This document shows positions 1-9,174 of a stretch of 64,000 bases of DNA, one piece after another (position 1 is the stretch's first letter; each line of letters starts with the position of its first letter). The notes beneath the pieces are model-generated. The model had not been told where the DNA came from and did not search any database. It was given only the letters and a program-made list of their open reading frames with translations. The DNA is from Macrostomum lignano. Taxonomy: Eukaryota. The stretch lies in assembly GCA_002269645.1 (NCBI GenBank), contig NIVC01000022.1, positions 1-64,000 on the forward strand. The letters run 5' to 3'. A program made the translations under genes and the position numbers.

Positions 1-570
1 TCTATCTATTTCAATTTCAATTACTATTCAGCATAAACAATATCTTGTCTTAAAAAACGTTTTCTTTTATCTATCTCATATCGGATGGGAAACATATCGT
101 CCCCATACTCATGATATTTCTGAGATATAATTATATTTATTTTTTTATTAATATTCATTAAGTTCACGCTCTTTAGTGATAAGGATTTTTATCGTATCCA
201 TTTTCTTATAAAAATTTAGTCTCGTCGTCATCCTCCCAAACAGCCGCCAATTTTACAGTCCTATCACTCTTTTTATTATTTGTTTGTTTAGTTTAAATTG
301 CAATCCACCCTCGTTGCAGTATTTCATAACAAACGCTTTAGGTTTATTAATAACTAAAACAGGAAAATTTTTAACATCATCTCCGCTTAGACATAAAATT
401 TTTGCCCATCTAATTGTAAAAATATCGATTGAAGTCCAATAAATTTAACCTGTCTCAAACATACAATATTATATTCTTATTCTCCAACATATTGGGTGTG
501 AGATAATTAATCACATTAGAATCGGTTTTGAACCAGCTCTCCATTTTTAATCTAAAAAATAACAAAAAAA

Positions 571-1060
571 ATGAAAGACATTTATGTATGTAATAAATGT
601 AATGTGACTATGCACAGAGGCAAACAGCAAACGGAGATATATATCATATGTGTTATTCATGTTCTAAAATATATCAATTTGAAAAAACAAAAAAGATTGA
701 AAACTCATATTACTATTTTAAAAACACAATTTTAAGAAATCTTACAAGAGACATTTCTGATCCAATTTTAATTCCCGGAAATAATGTTTATTTATATAAT
801 AACTTTTTCCATTTAAATAAAGGAAAGGGATTAAGTTCGAAAGACTCCGAAAGGATTTTAATTTTAGTTGGATATTATTTCAATTTTCTTATCGAGAGAA
901 TACAAAGTTTATAAGGATAGGTAACATACCTAACGAAATGTTATTGAAAAAGTCATTGGAATTTTTATGTATTGATAAAAAATTTAAACCTAGGATCAGA
1001 GAGAGTTACCACTTGGGAAGAATATATAACATATGCATTAGAAAAACTAAACAACATTAA
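571..1060 (+). pseudogene. Frameshifted hypothetical protein with N-terminal CxxC...CxxC zinc ribbon
   Basis: AAAAAATG start at 571 gives MKDIYVCNKC. Adding one A in the run at 622-624 joins it to the 648..914 frame (GDIYHMCYSC). A further frameshift near 905 is likely. Confidence 0.4.
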
Positions 1061-1136
1061 GTTCTACAGCACTTACCTGACCGCGGGCTTTGTGCCCCAG
1101 TAGCAATAGTTTCAGGTTCGTAAATACCTAATGTTT

Positions 1137-1803
1137 CTATAGGTGGAGCTTTGGGTTTTGTCCAAACTCTTTTAATTCCATATCGGTAAAAGTTTCAACA
1201 TCTAAAATTCTATTTCTATCTTTTAAATATTTTTCATATAATTCAACCGCGGTTGATAACTTGAATCGTTATCTCTCCGTCATCCAATATTTTTTGCACA
1301 TATAAATATAACTGATTTTTATATTGCTTGGCAACATCTCTTAATGATTTATATTTTTCCTTTCTTTTTTTAAGATATAATTTAATTGCTAAAAGTATTG
1401 ATAAGTTCTATCATTAATTCAAAACCTGATATTGAGCCAATTGAAATACCTAAAAATAATTGAGATAAATTAAGAGTTGGAATAGATTGTAAAATACCTA
1501 AAACGATTACACATAACATTGATAAGCTTCCAAATCCAATATTGAAAAAATCCATATTTCTTATATGTTTGAAACTCTTCTTACTTTTTTAGTATATAAA
1601 TCATAATCATAGTTAATACGATCAACATTACTTAACATCTGACCTTTACGTTGGTTGAACGGTCGCGTTCCCATTTATCTGCTTCAGATACCGACATTCT
1701 CGTCTATTTTTAATAGCACCAAAATGAATTCCCCACGCTCTTTGGGTATTTGCCCGAGCTCAATAGGTATTGTATTGGAGTTATTCTTTCTTTTTTCTCC
1801 CAT
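1137..1803 (-). pseudogene. Multiply frameshifted two-TM protein resembling the conserved Polinton membrane protein (GasderminX-like)
   Basis: Hand translation across frames gives a hydrophobic pair SLSMLCVIVLGILQSIPTLNLSQLFLGISIGSISGF, then KYKSLRDVAKQYKNQLLFICAKN / LDDGEITIQ / AVELYEKYLK. This resembles the D-G-x-I-T...Y motif of that family as recalled, not searched. Confidence 0.35.
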
Positions 1804-1810
1804 TTAAATC

Positions 1811-2008
1811 CTATTTTCCAAAACTCTTGAAGTATAATATGATTTTTAATAACTTAATTAATTCTTGAAGCTTCTTATTATCCTGAACATTTACAGTACT
1901 AAATAAAAATTTGGTATGAGATTTGAATGTTTTTATATTTGATTCTTGTTTAGGAATAGGAATAATAACATTATTTTGCCGCATCGATGGAGTTCTACTA
2001 AAAGCCAT
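1811..2008 (-). CDS. Small hypothetical viral protein (65 aa)
   Basis: ORF track; has the element-typical TAAAAATG start context. Confidence 0.45.
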   Translation of the reverse strand: MAFSRTPSMRQNNVIIPIPKQESNIKTFKSHTKFLFSTVNVQDNKKLQELIKLLKIILYFKSFGK

Positions 2009-2023
2009 TTTATATATAAATAT

Positions 2024-3895
2024 TTAGATTTGTACGGGTGGTTTTTCTAAATAAGCGGTAGAAGGAAAAACATAACCAAACGATGTGCTACCACAAACGG
2101 CTGCGCCACGAATAAAATGTGCAGCATCCGATCCTCCAGTTCGAGCACCAAAACCCATAAGGGTTCCAGTCTTATCCAACGTTCCCCAAGTGCCACTATC
2201 ATATGTGAAAACGTTCTGCCAATGAGGGTATAAGAATCGGCCGAAACATTGTATGAATTTAATGATACCAAACCCTTTGATTTAAAATATTAATTTCAAA
2301 TAAATGCCAATCGCCGTTATCAATATTTGCATAATCTACCGTTTGATCTGCGTCAGTATTAACATCCGCGCGGCTTGATCCGTCTGATTTTTTATTACTC
2401 CATACAACGCCAAATTTATCATGCCACTCACTTGCAAAAACTATCAATCCGGCGTCGGTTGTTAATCCAGTCCCACCTTCACTTGTTGGGCGTTCGTGAC
2501 AATATGCATAAAACCAAACCGCATCTGCACCATCTCCTGTAGAATTAGCGACTCGGAAATAGAAAGACGCAGATATATTTTGAAAATGTGTGAAATTGAA
2601 TTGTAATGCCCCACTTACTCCACCAGTTTCACGAGTAATTCTAGCTCCATTTTGATAATCGATATAAGAAGCGTCGCCAATTAAAGAACCAACTGGATAT
2701 ATATCTCCAGCGGTTGTTGGATTTTGATATCCAGTCCAATTACAAATTACTGGCTCGAATAATGCGGCATCAATCGCGGGAATATTATCCAATTTATTTT
2801 TATCACCGGCAGACATTCTACCATTTGAAGTTGGAGTTGCTACCTGATCTACGTACGCTCGCGGGTAGCAGATAGTATTTCATTTGGCCAATTAAGATCT
2901 TGAATTTCAACTCGGTGTTCAAATAATTGTATTAGACGAACCTCGATAGGTTGTGTAGCGGTGCCACCAGTTGGGAATAAAACGCTATAATATTTCCAAA
3001 AATTAACCGTTAAATTAGTTAACGCAAATGAAGTTGCTTGAATTGGTGATCCCGACGTTCGTAATACCGTCCATGCATCGGTAGCAACATTTTTTGCACG
3101 AACCGACCATCCCGATGGAATATCAATAGTTGCGCTGCCTGTAATTCTTAATTCATTTATTCTTCGATTATAACCTAAAAATTCAAATTGAATTTCCATA
3201 TTGGTTGTGGTTCCGGTATTTGGTGACCATTGTGTCGCAAGGCTTCCATCTCCAACTCGAAAAGCATCGTTGGTATTTTCGGATGCTGTAAGAACAACAT
3301 CTGGATTTGAAGTATTTGATGTAAGCGGCGTGGCAAAAATATCGGCGTCGGTTACATTAGCTCGAGCGTTGACCTGCCCTAAATTGACCGAGTCTGTGGC
3401 CTCTGTTCCAAATAATAAATTTGTTAATTTAAAATTATTCATATTGATATTGCCGTTACGACTACCAACCTGATTATCGACATAGTTCTTATCAACTACC
3501 GAGTTATTCGTTGTAATTGCAACATTTATAATTCGATTGTTATCCATATCTAAAGTTCCGGTTGCGGTGGCTTGAACATAACGCGAATCAGAATCAGTTC
3601 GAGAATAAGAATCAGTTATATCTCTTTTTAAATTTAACCCAGTGTCAACCTCTGATTTTGTATATGAATCGCTAATATCTCTTTTAAGATTTAATGAAGT
3701 ATCGATTTCAGTTTTGGTATAGGAATCTGCAACATTCCGTTTCAAATTTAGTTTAGTATCAACTTCACTTTTTTTATAACCTTCATCTTCATTAATATAT
3801 CGATTATCTCCAAATGTAACACTTATTCCACCAGATGTGCCACCACCACCACTACTTGTTGTTCCGTTCCATGAGGGTGTTCCAGAAAATATCAT
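2024..3895 (-). CDS. Fibre/receptor-binding protein (~620 aa if joined), split by two frameshifts: shaft repeats + F5/8C-like domain + ATxxxxGxMSxxDKxKLD linker + L-type lectin (ConA-like) head
   Basis: The 348-aa ORF has YTKSEVDT-LNLKR repeats and LDMDNNRIINV..DKNYVD / INMNNFKLTNL shaft repeats. The frame upstream of the 185-aa ORF reads YPRAYVDQVATPTSNGRMSAGDKNKLD. A third frame (2024-2285) reads ...LMGFGARTGGSDAAHFIRG..., the L-lectin C-terminal strand motif that completes GDGADAVWFY. Confidence 0.75.
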
Positions 3896-3924
3896 TTTTT
3901 ACTGTCTATTTTATAGAGTCTAAA

Positions 3925-3986
3925 ATCGTGCCTATGGCACGCGGACTCCGTCCGATCGAACCTTAGGTTCGCATGCTTTGCATGAT
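3925..3986. repeat. Double-hairpin element array (2 units)
   Basis: AT-cgtgcc.tat.ggcacg-cggac.tcc.gtccg-AT-cgaacc.tta.ggttcg-catgc.ttt.gcatg-AT. Confidence 0.9.
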
Positions 3987-4406
3987 AGTCTTAAATACTT
4001 TGTGGTTTACACGAGCTTCATTCGAAAGTCGATATAAAAAATATAACGCTGCTTGTCCGCAATAACTTTTATCAAAGGTTTGAAACTGTTCGTGATGATC
4101 TCCACATAAACGATTTTTAGTATGATTAAATTTGTCTTTTATTTCCTGTAACGGAGGAAGCGCGTATGAATCAAAAAAATAAACAAGTTTTGGTTTTGAA
4201 TAAACTGCTGACCAATGAACACCGTTTTCTTTTGTTGTTTCAATATTAACAATGAAAGATCCATATTGTGGTAAGTCTTTGATCTCATCTCGCATAACAC
4301 ATCTGAATGGTTTTATTTTTAACTGCCTCGCCCAATTTGTTAATTCGATATTGCTTGTTGTGTCCGTTCCATATCTTTGTTTAAAATCATCCCACGTCAT
4401 GGTCAT
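3963..4406 (-). CDS. Adenain-like (adenovirus-type) cysteine maturation protease
   Basis: Motifs NGVHWSAV (His), YFFDSY (Asp) and QTFDKSYCGQAALYFL (Gln/Cys), typical of Polinton PRO. Confidence 0.92.
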   Translation of the reverse strand: MTMTWDDFKQRYGTDTTSNIELTNWARQLKIKPFRCVMRDEIKDLPQYGSFIVNIETTKENGVHWSAVYSKPKLVYFFDSYALPPLQEIKDKFNHTKNRLCGDHHEQFQTFDKSYCGQAALYFLYRLSNEARVNHKVFKTIMQSMRT

Positions 4407-4407
4407 T

Positions 4408-4617
4408 TTATGTTCCTGAAAAACTCTTGGTTTTAGTTAGTTTCGTAGGTGTGGGTTTTAACAATTCCTTTCTTATTTTATCAGCTTGTAACTGCCTTAA
4501 TTTTGCTAGTTCTAGTTCGTAATTATCTTCAGCTTTTTTAACTTTTTCTGATTGTTTTTTTATTAAATTATTATTATTATCGTGCTTTGCACGCGAACAT
4601 GTTGTTCGATTACCCAT
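4408..4617 (-). CDS. Small basic protein, possible N-myristoylated (MG-) virion protein; contains an in-frame double-hairpin insert
   Basis: ORF track; AAAAATG start; removing the 30-bp insert gives MGNNNNNLIKK. Confidence 0.5.
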   Translation of the reverse strand: MGNRTTCSRAKHDNNNNLIKKQSEKVKKAEDNYELELAKLRQLQADKIRKELLKPTPTKLTKTKSFSGT

Positions 4618-4660
4618 TTTTACTATAGGAAACGGACAAAGTCCTCGAACCTTTGGTTCG
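4579..4660. repeat. Two separate double-hairpin elements (4581-4608 in ORF; 4633-4660 intergenic, degenerate)
   Basis: cgtgc.ttt.gcacg-cgaaca.tgt.tgttcg and cggac.aaa.gtcct-cgaacc.ttt.ggttcg. Confidence 0.88.
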
Positions 4661-4661
4661 G

Positions 4662-5447
4662 CTAAACCTGTTTTATACGTAAAATCACTGTTATTGACTG
4701 CCCACCAAAACTTATTAATCTATCGCTTTCATCTACAATCCTAATATAAATTGATTGAACATTATATTGATTTAATGGGTAATATATTGGGGTTTGAGGT
4801 GATACAATCATTTTCTCTCCAATTGGAACAGCAAGAAATGGGATTGAATAAATAATTCCACGTTGAACCAAAACTCCGTTATCGTCTGTTATATAACCAC
4901 CGTTTGAAATGTCGGTTGTTATATTAATTGTATTTACTCCACCCTCTATATTTCCAACTGTATCACCGGTGCTTGATGTGGTAACTATTCGGGAATTAAA
5001 TCCAAGTATGGTTCTGAGTGAATTTGCAATTGTGAAATCAACCTGATATCCGGATCCTAGTGATAGTGTGAATCTGCCAGACGGTAAATCAACACCTATA
5101 ACAATCGCGCCTGCTACCCAATCGCCGTTAGATGTTAATTCTCCTTCTATATAAGCATTCAAATCAGTATAGCTATACGCTCCTGGGTTAACGCTAAATG
5201 TTGTCCAATTGGCTCCGGAATCTTTAGAATATCTAAATTGATTATTTGTTGCATTAATTAATTGAGGCATGTTGAAAACCGAAAATAGTATTAAACCTAT
5301 TTGATAACTTAGGCTTTGATCAAGTTGTAATGGATCGCGCAATTGAATCCGTTGCTCGCTGGTTGTCATTATAAACTGTAATGTTGTACTAAATTTTGAA
5401 TTAGTTCGATCTACCAATTGTTTTATAGTATCTAAATTTGTAGTCAT
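4662..5447 (-). CDS. Minor capsid (penton) protein, single jelly-roll
   Basis: 261 aa, beta-rich. C-terminal QSIYIRIVDESDRLISFGGQSITVILRI matches the Polinton mCP end. Lies between ATPase and protease. Confidence 0.85.
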   Translation of the reverse strand: MTTNLDTIKQLVDRTNSKFSTTLQFIMTTSEQRIQLRDPLQLDQSLSYQIGLILFSVFNMPQLINATNNQFRYSKDSGANWTTFSVNPGAYSYTDLNAYIEGELTSNGDWVAGAIVIGVDLPSGRFTLSLGSGYQVDFTIANSLRTILGFNSRIVTTSSTGDTVGNIEGGVNTINITTDISNGGYITDDNGVLVQRGIIYSIPFLAVPIGEKMIVSPQTPIYYPLNQYNVQSIYIRIVDESDRLISFGGQSITVILRIKQV

Positions 5448-5465
5448 TTTTATAGTGGGAAATTA

Positions 5466-5557
5466 ATCGGACGAAGTCCGCGTTCCGAAGGAACGATCGA
5501 ACGAAGTTCGCGACCCTATGGGGCGATCGTACCGAAGGTACGCGTGCTATGCACGAT
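5466..5557. repeat. Double-hairpin element array (3 units)
   Basis: Six consecutive CG-bounded hairpins (13,15|13,15|15,13 bp) separated by single AT dinucleotides. Confidence 0.92.
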
Positions 5558-6347
5558 CCTCTTCTTCCTCATTATCTTCTTTTATCAAATTTGTTAAAAT
5601 TCTATGTTTCCTTTCTAACCTTGGATTGATATAAATATGTTTGTATTGGCTATCATCCCAAATTTTTTTACACATACTTTTAAATGGTTTTGCATCCAAC
5701 CCGGGATTAAATCTAGCGTGAATATTTTGTAGATCATAGTTATCTAAATCAAACATTACACAACAGCTAGCATTCTTTTTTATAATCGATTCTAATTCTC
5801 TAAAGGATTGAGTAAGATAAAAAGCTCCAATTCCATCTCCTCTACCACTAACAAAAATTTCCTTTTGTAATTCTTGATCACCGTCATTAATACAATCATC
5901 AAAAATAATTAGTGTTTTATCATGTTTTGGAATTTGATCATAGGCTAATCGGGTTGATACTCTAACAGTTGGGGCTCGATCGGACGAAGTCCGCGACCCT
6001 TCGGGGCGATCGGTGATGTTTTCTGGCTGTTGTGCCATTGTTTTACATAAATCCTCAATGTCTGCTAGATTAAATCGCGGTTCGTCATCATCCTCATATT
6101 GCTCATATGCTCTTAACATTCTAAACAAGACATCTTTTTTTAATTTGTTTTTTAATCCATGTTTAAGAAATTCATAATATTTTATTCTAGGTTTGTTAGT
6201 ATAAATTATTAAATTATTATAGTCTAGCATTCCATCTGTTGTTAATAAATCGTAAACAAAGTGTGTTTTTCCTTTACCCGACCCACCAATTACTAAACAA
6301 AGAAAAGGATCATTTGGAAATATCTTATCGTGTTTTGCCTTTACCAT
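5547..6347 (-). CDS. A32-like (FtsK-HerA) genome packaging ATPase
   Basis: Walker A GGSGKGKT, Walker B LIIFDD, and GRGDGIGAFYLTQSF (arginine finger / Q-sensor region). Confidence 0.93.
   Translation of the reverse strand: MVKAKHDKIFPNDPFLCLVIGGSGKGKTHFVYDLLTTDGMLDYNNLIIYTNKPRIKYYEFLKHGLKNKLKKDVLFRMLRAYEQYEDDDEPRFNLADIEDLCKTMAQQPENITDRPEGSRTSSDRAPTVRVSTRLAYDQIPKHDKTLIIFDDCINDGDQELQKEIFVSGRGDGIGAFYLTQSFRELESIIKKNASCCVMFDLDNYDLQNIHARFNPGLDAKPFKSMCKKIWDDSQYKHIYINPRLERKHRILTNLIKEDNEEEEDRA
5979..6010. repeat. Double-hairpin element inserted in frame in the ATPase
   Basis: AT-cggac.gaa.gtccg-cgaccc.ttc.ggggcg-AT; encodes the RPEGSRTSSD insert. Confidence 0.88.
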
Positions 6348-6398
6348 TTTTAAAGAAATAATTTAAATAGGCGCGACGGTCGGAGACCTGCACTCATT

Positions 6399-7871
6399 TT
6401 ACAGCGGCGCGTCCCGAACAATCGTGCCATCAGCTTTAGCAATTGACATATATTCCTCTAGAAACAATACGTGGGCGTCAAGTGCCTGATTACCGGTTTT
6501 ATTAATCTCTAACATATAATTAAGTCCAATATTGGCTACGTTTTCTTTCTGTGCCGTTAGATCATAAACAACCACTGGATGAATGTTTAGAAACTCTGTG
6601 GGTGTGTACTGAGGGACGGCATACGCTTCATTTTTAGCATAATCTTGATAATATTTTATAAAATCATTAACATTATTATTTGCTATATTTAAATTTAGGG
6701 GGTCTTTAACCGGATAATATTGATCATCAACCTGCAGGCGGATATTCTGAACATTAAACTCGTTAATTGCAGCAACTGCGTTGTCTGTTGCGGTAGCTGC
6801 TTGTGCTGCTATGTCACCCGATTGAAGCCAATATAAATCCCCATTTGCTCTTTTACTCCTTCTATTTGTTATCTTAAACCAAACAAAAATATATCTCACC
6901 CGACGTTTTGATGTCAGTATTTGCCACTGGAATGAATCCTGATTGTTATTAATGGTTCGCATAAAGTGTCTACGATTCAAATAAAATATTTCCTGATCAT
7001 GCGTTAACTGATTATCGATGTGTTTTAAAAGCGGAGCTGTTACCTCAATAGTTGGTACGACTAATTGAATTGAATCTATACGAACTGCTATATCGGTTGA
7101 AATTGAGGTTCCATAAAGTATCCTAGGCTGATATCCACCAGATATTTGCAACTGTATCCCAAATTTTAATCCTTTCCATACCCGATTTGGTGAGAAAAAC
7201 CCAAATAGTGGAAAGATTGAAAAGTCCTGCTCATATGCTGTTGCTGTGGTTAAAACCGCGACTGGGAATTTATTCTGACGATCTATAAAACCAGTATTAA
7301 TATCTTTTGTATTAGTCATAGTGGTTACAACTGGAACTATGTTTGTATTAAGGTAAACAATTAGCGCTGCAGTATCTGCACCGGCTGCGTTTTGTACATT
7401 AGGGAAAACTACTGCTTGACCGTTACCTTTATCCGGCATCCACCCAACATTATCACCAACTTGTTTTGATAAATAAGTATAATTTAAATGTTTCAAAACT
7501 CCATTAATCTCTGCGGGGTTTGATGATGTCTCAACCTCAGCACCATTAACAGTTAGTTGAGCTTGGGAAAAACATTTATAAAACCAATCATTTTCTATTA
7601 TTATTCCGGATCGATCTGCGATATCTCCGGCTGCAAGAGCAGTTCCATCATTTCTAGTATACAACCATCTAACGCGGAAAAACGCATTTTTCATATCCAA
7701 TATAGTGTTGGTTGCGCCGATGTCAAAAGTTACCGTTCCAGTAGTAAAGTTATTTGAATTATCACTTGTTGGTAGGGTATAATTTAAATCTCTTGCTCTG
7801 ACCTCATTAATATACTGTCGGTGCTTTTTGAAATGAAATTTATCACTCCACATAGTTTTTGTTTCAGCCAT
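6399..7871 (-). CDS. Major capsid protein, double jelly-roll (Polinton PY type)
   Basis: 490 aa, beta-rich. N-terminal TVTFDIGATNTILDMKNAFFRV and AQLTVNGAEVET, C-terminal QLQVDDQYYP..PVVVYDLT. Adjacent to the ATPase. Confidence 0.8.
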   Translation of the reverse strand: MAETKTMWSDKFHFKKHRQYINEVRARDLNYTLPTSDNSNNFTTGTVTFDIGATNTILDMKNAFFRVRWLYTRNDGTALAAGDIADRSGIIIENDWFYKCFSQAQLTVNGAEVETSSNPAEINGVLKHLNYTYLSKQVGDNVGWMPDKGNGQAVVFPNVQNAAGADTAALIVYLNTNIVPVVTTMTNTKDINTGFIDRQNKFPVAVLTTATAYEQDFSIFPLFGFFSPNRVWKGLKFGIQLQISGGYQPRILYGTSISTDIAVRIDSIQLVVPTIEVTAPLLKHIDNQLTHDQEIFYLNRRHFMRTINNNQDSFQWQILTSKRRVRYIFVWFKITNRRSKRANGDLYWLQSGDIAAQAATATDNAVAAINEFNVQNIRLQVDDQYYPVKDPLNLNIANNNVNDFIKYYQDYAKNEAYAVPQYTPTEFLNIHPVVVYDLTAQKENVANIGLNYMLEINKTGNQALDAHVLFLEEYMSIAKADGTIVRDAPL

Positions 7872-7905
7872 TTTTTTAAGTTAAAAAAGTTTTTTATGTT
7901 AAAAA
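7872..7905. promoter_or_regulatory. Putative bidirectional promoter between divergent MCP and 223-aa genes
   Basis: 34-bp pure AT-rich spacer, nearly palindromic, with central TAAAAAA-G-TTTTTTA (7882-7896); an AAAAAATG start on each side. Confidence 0.5.
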
Positions 7906-8577
7906 ATGAGTCAATTTATGGACGTTGATGGAGAGTTAGCGATTTATAAAGAGAAGCAAAGATATTCTGATTTTGTTAGAAATTTACAAAAAAGAAAGTT
8001 AGGAATACAATTAGCGGGTGAAAGATTTGCTGCTCCTTTTGTTAATCCTATTACTGGGAAAATTAGTGAACTAGAAAAAACAGATAAAGATCTTCTGGAA
8101 AAAATTGCTAAAAATACGGAGCCAAAAGAGGATGAAATTTTGGATGAGCCGCCAGCTTATGATGTTGATCAAGCTCAATTGAGAGTTGCAGAGATTAGGG
8201 CTGCAGAAAGGGGTGGAGTTGATGAATATCCGAGAGCTGCACCAACTAGTATTGCTGTGACAGATTTAGGTAATAATAATTATCGAATTGGTGGAGTTGA
8301 TAAAAATCGAAATGAACTATATAGAGAATTGGGCGGAGCATATAATATTGTTATGAACCCTAGGGTAAAATTTAACCCTGAATTATATACTAGGGATGAA
8401 TTAGTAAGTGCAAAAATTTTTTATGATGAGTTGGGAGTAAGAGCTGCTAAAAATACCAGCTTGTATAAAAGGATTGTTAATTCTATAAATAACAAACCAG
8501 CTGTTGGAGAAGGATTTAAAACACCGCGAAAACTTGTTTTAGCTGCTGCGAAAGCTGCTGGACATACTGGAGTTTAA
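7906..8577 (+). CDS. Hypothetical viral protein, possibly Polinton PZ-like
   Basis: 223 aa. N-terminal helical RYSDFVRNLQKRKLG...FVNPITGKISEL resembles the PZ-type K..L..KPI...L pattern (recalled only). Confidence 0.45.
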   Translation: MSQFMDVDGELAIYKEKQRYSDFVRNLQKRKLGIQLAGERFAAPFVNPITGKISELEKTDKDLLEKIAKNTEPKEDEILDEPPAYDVDQAQLRVAEIRAAERGGVDEYPRAAPTSIAVTDLGNNNYRIGGVDKNRNELYRELGGAYNIVMNPRVKFNPELYTRDELVSAKIFYDELGVRAAKNTSLYKRIVNSINNKPAVGEGFKTPRKLVLAAAKAAGHTGV

Positions 8578-8604
8578 TTAATTGTTAAATTTATTTTTTA
8601 TAAA

Positions 8605-9174
8605 ATGGAACCTAAAAAGATTTGTATTAAGTGTAAACAAGAAAAACCAATGACGAAAGAATTTTATTTTTGGAGAAATGATTCAAAAAAATTTAGAAAT
8701 GATTGTCGATCTTGTCATAATACCTCATCTACTATTTGGATGAAAAACAATAAAGATAAATTTAATGAATATAGAAAAAACAAGTATCACACTGATGATA
8801 ATTACAAACATATTGTTTTAATTAGAAATAGAATAAATTGGGCGTTGAAAAATTTTAATGACAAGGACTATATCTCATATCTTGATTGCACAAAAGAATT
8901 CTTTTTTGATTGGTTAAATTTCACAAGAAAATATTATGTTTCAAAAGATTATACTGGAAATTTAGATATTGATCATTTCATTCCCGCTTCTTCGTTTAGT
9001 TACAAAGATGAAGATCAGATGAAAAAGTCTGAACATTGGACAAATAAAAGATACTTAACTAGCGTAGATAATAACTATAAAAAAGTTAAACAACCAACCA
9101 TTGAAGAGTTTGCAAAACAATTGGTGCTTTCATGTATTTTTAAGGCTATTAAAAATGAACCAAATAGTGTTTGA
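8605..9174 (+). CDS. Free-standing HNH endonuclease with N-terminal zinc ribbon
   Basis: CIKC...CRSC zinc ribbon and DIDHFIPASSF...HWTNKRYLTSVDNNYKK, the pattern of giant-virus/phage HNH homing endonucleases. Overlaps the start of the next gene by 20 bp. Confidence 0.85.
   Translation: MEPKKICIKCKQEKPMTKEFYFWRNDSKKFRNDCRSCHNTSSTIWMKNNKDKFNEYRKNKYHTDDNYKHIVLIRNRINWALKNFNDKDYISYLDCTKEFFFDWLNFTRKYYVSKDYTGNLDIDHFIPASSFSYKDEDQMKKSEHWTNKRYLTSVDNNYKKVKQPTIEEFAKQLVLSCIFKAIKNEPNSV

Noticed and set aside
1-2000. Protein-primed DNA polymerase B remnant
   Set aside because: No exonuclease or polymerase motifs were found in the frames I translated by hand.
2047-2271. 74-aa ORF as a separate gene or the fibre C-terminus
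   Set aside because: The lectin-completing motif lies in a different frame over the same interval.
3201-3473. 90-aa plus-strand ORF
   Set aside because: Antisense shadow of the fibre gene; no start signature or motifs.
5466-5557. Hairpin arrays as a CRISPR array or Rho-independent terminators
   Set aside because: No repeat-spacer alternation, no cas genes and no U-tracts; the context is eukaryotic and viral.
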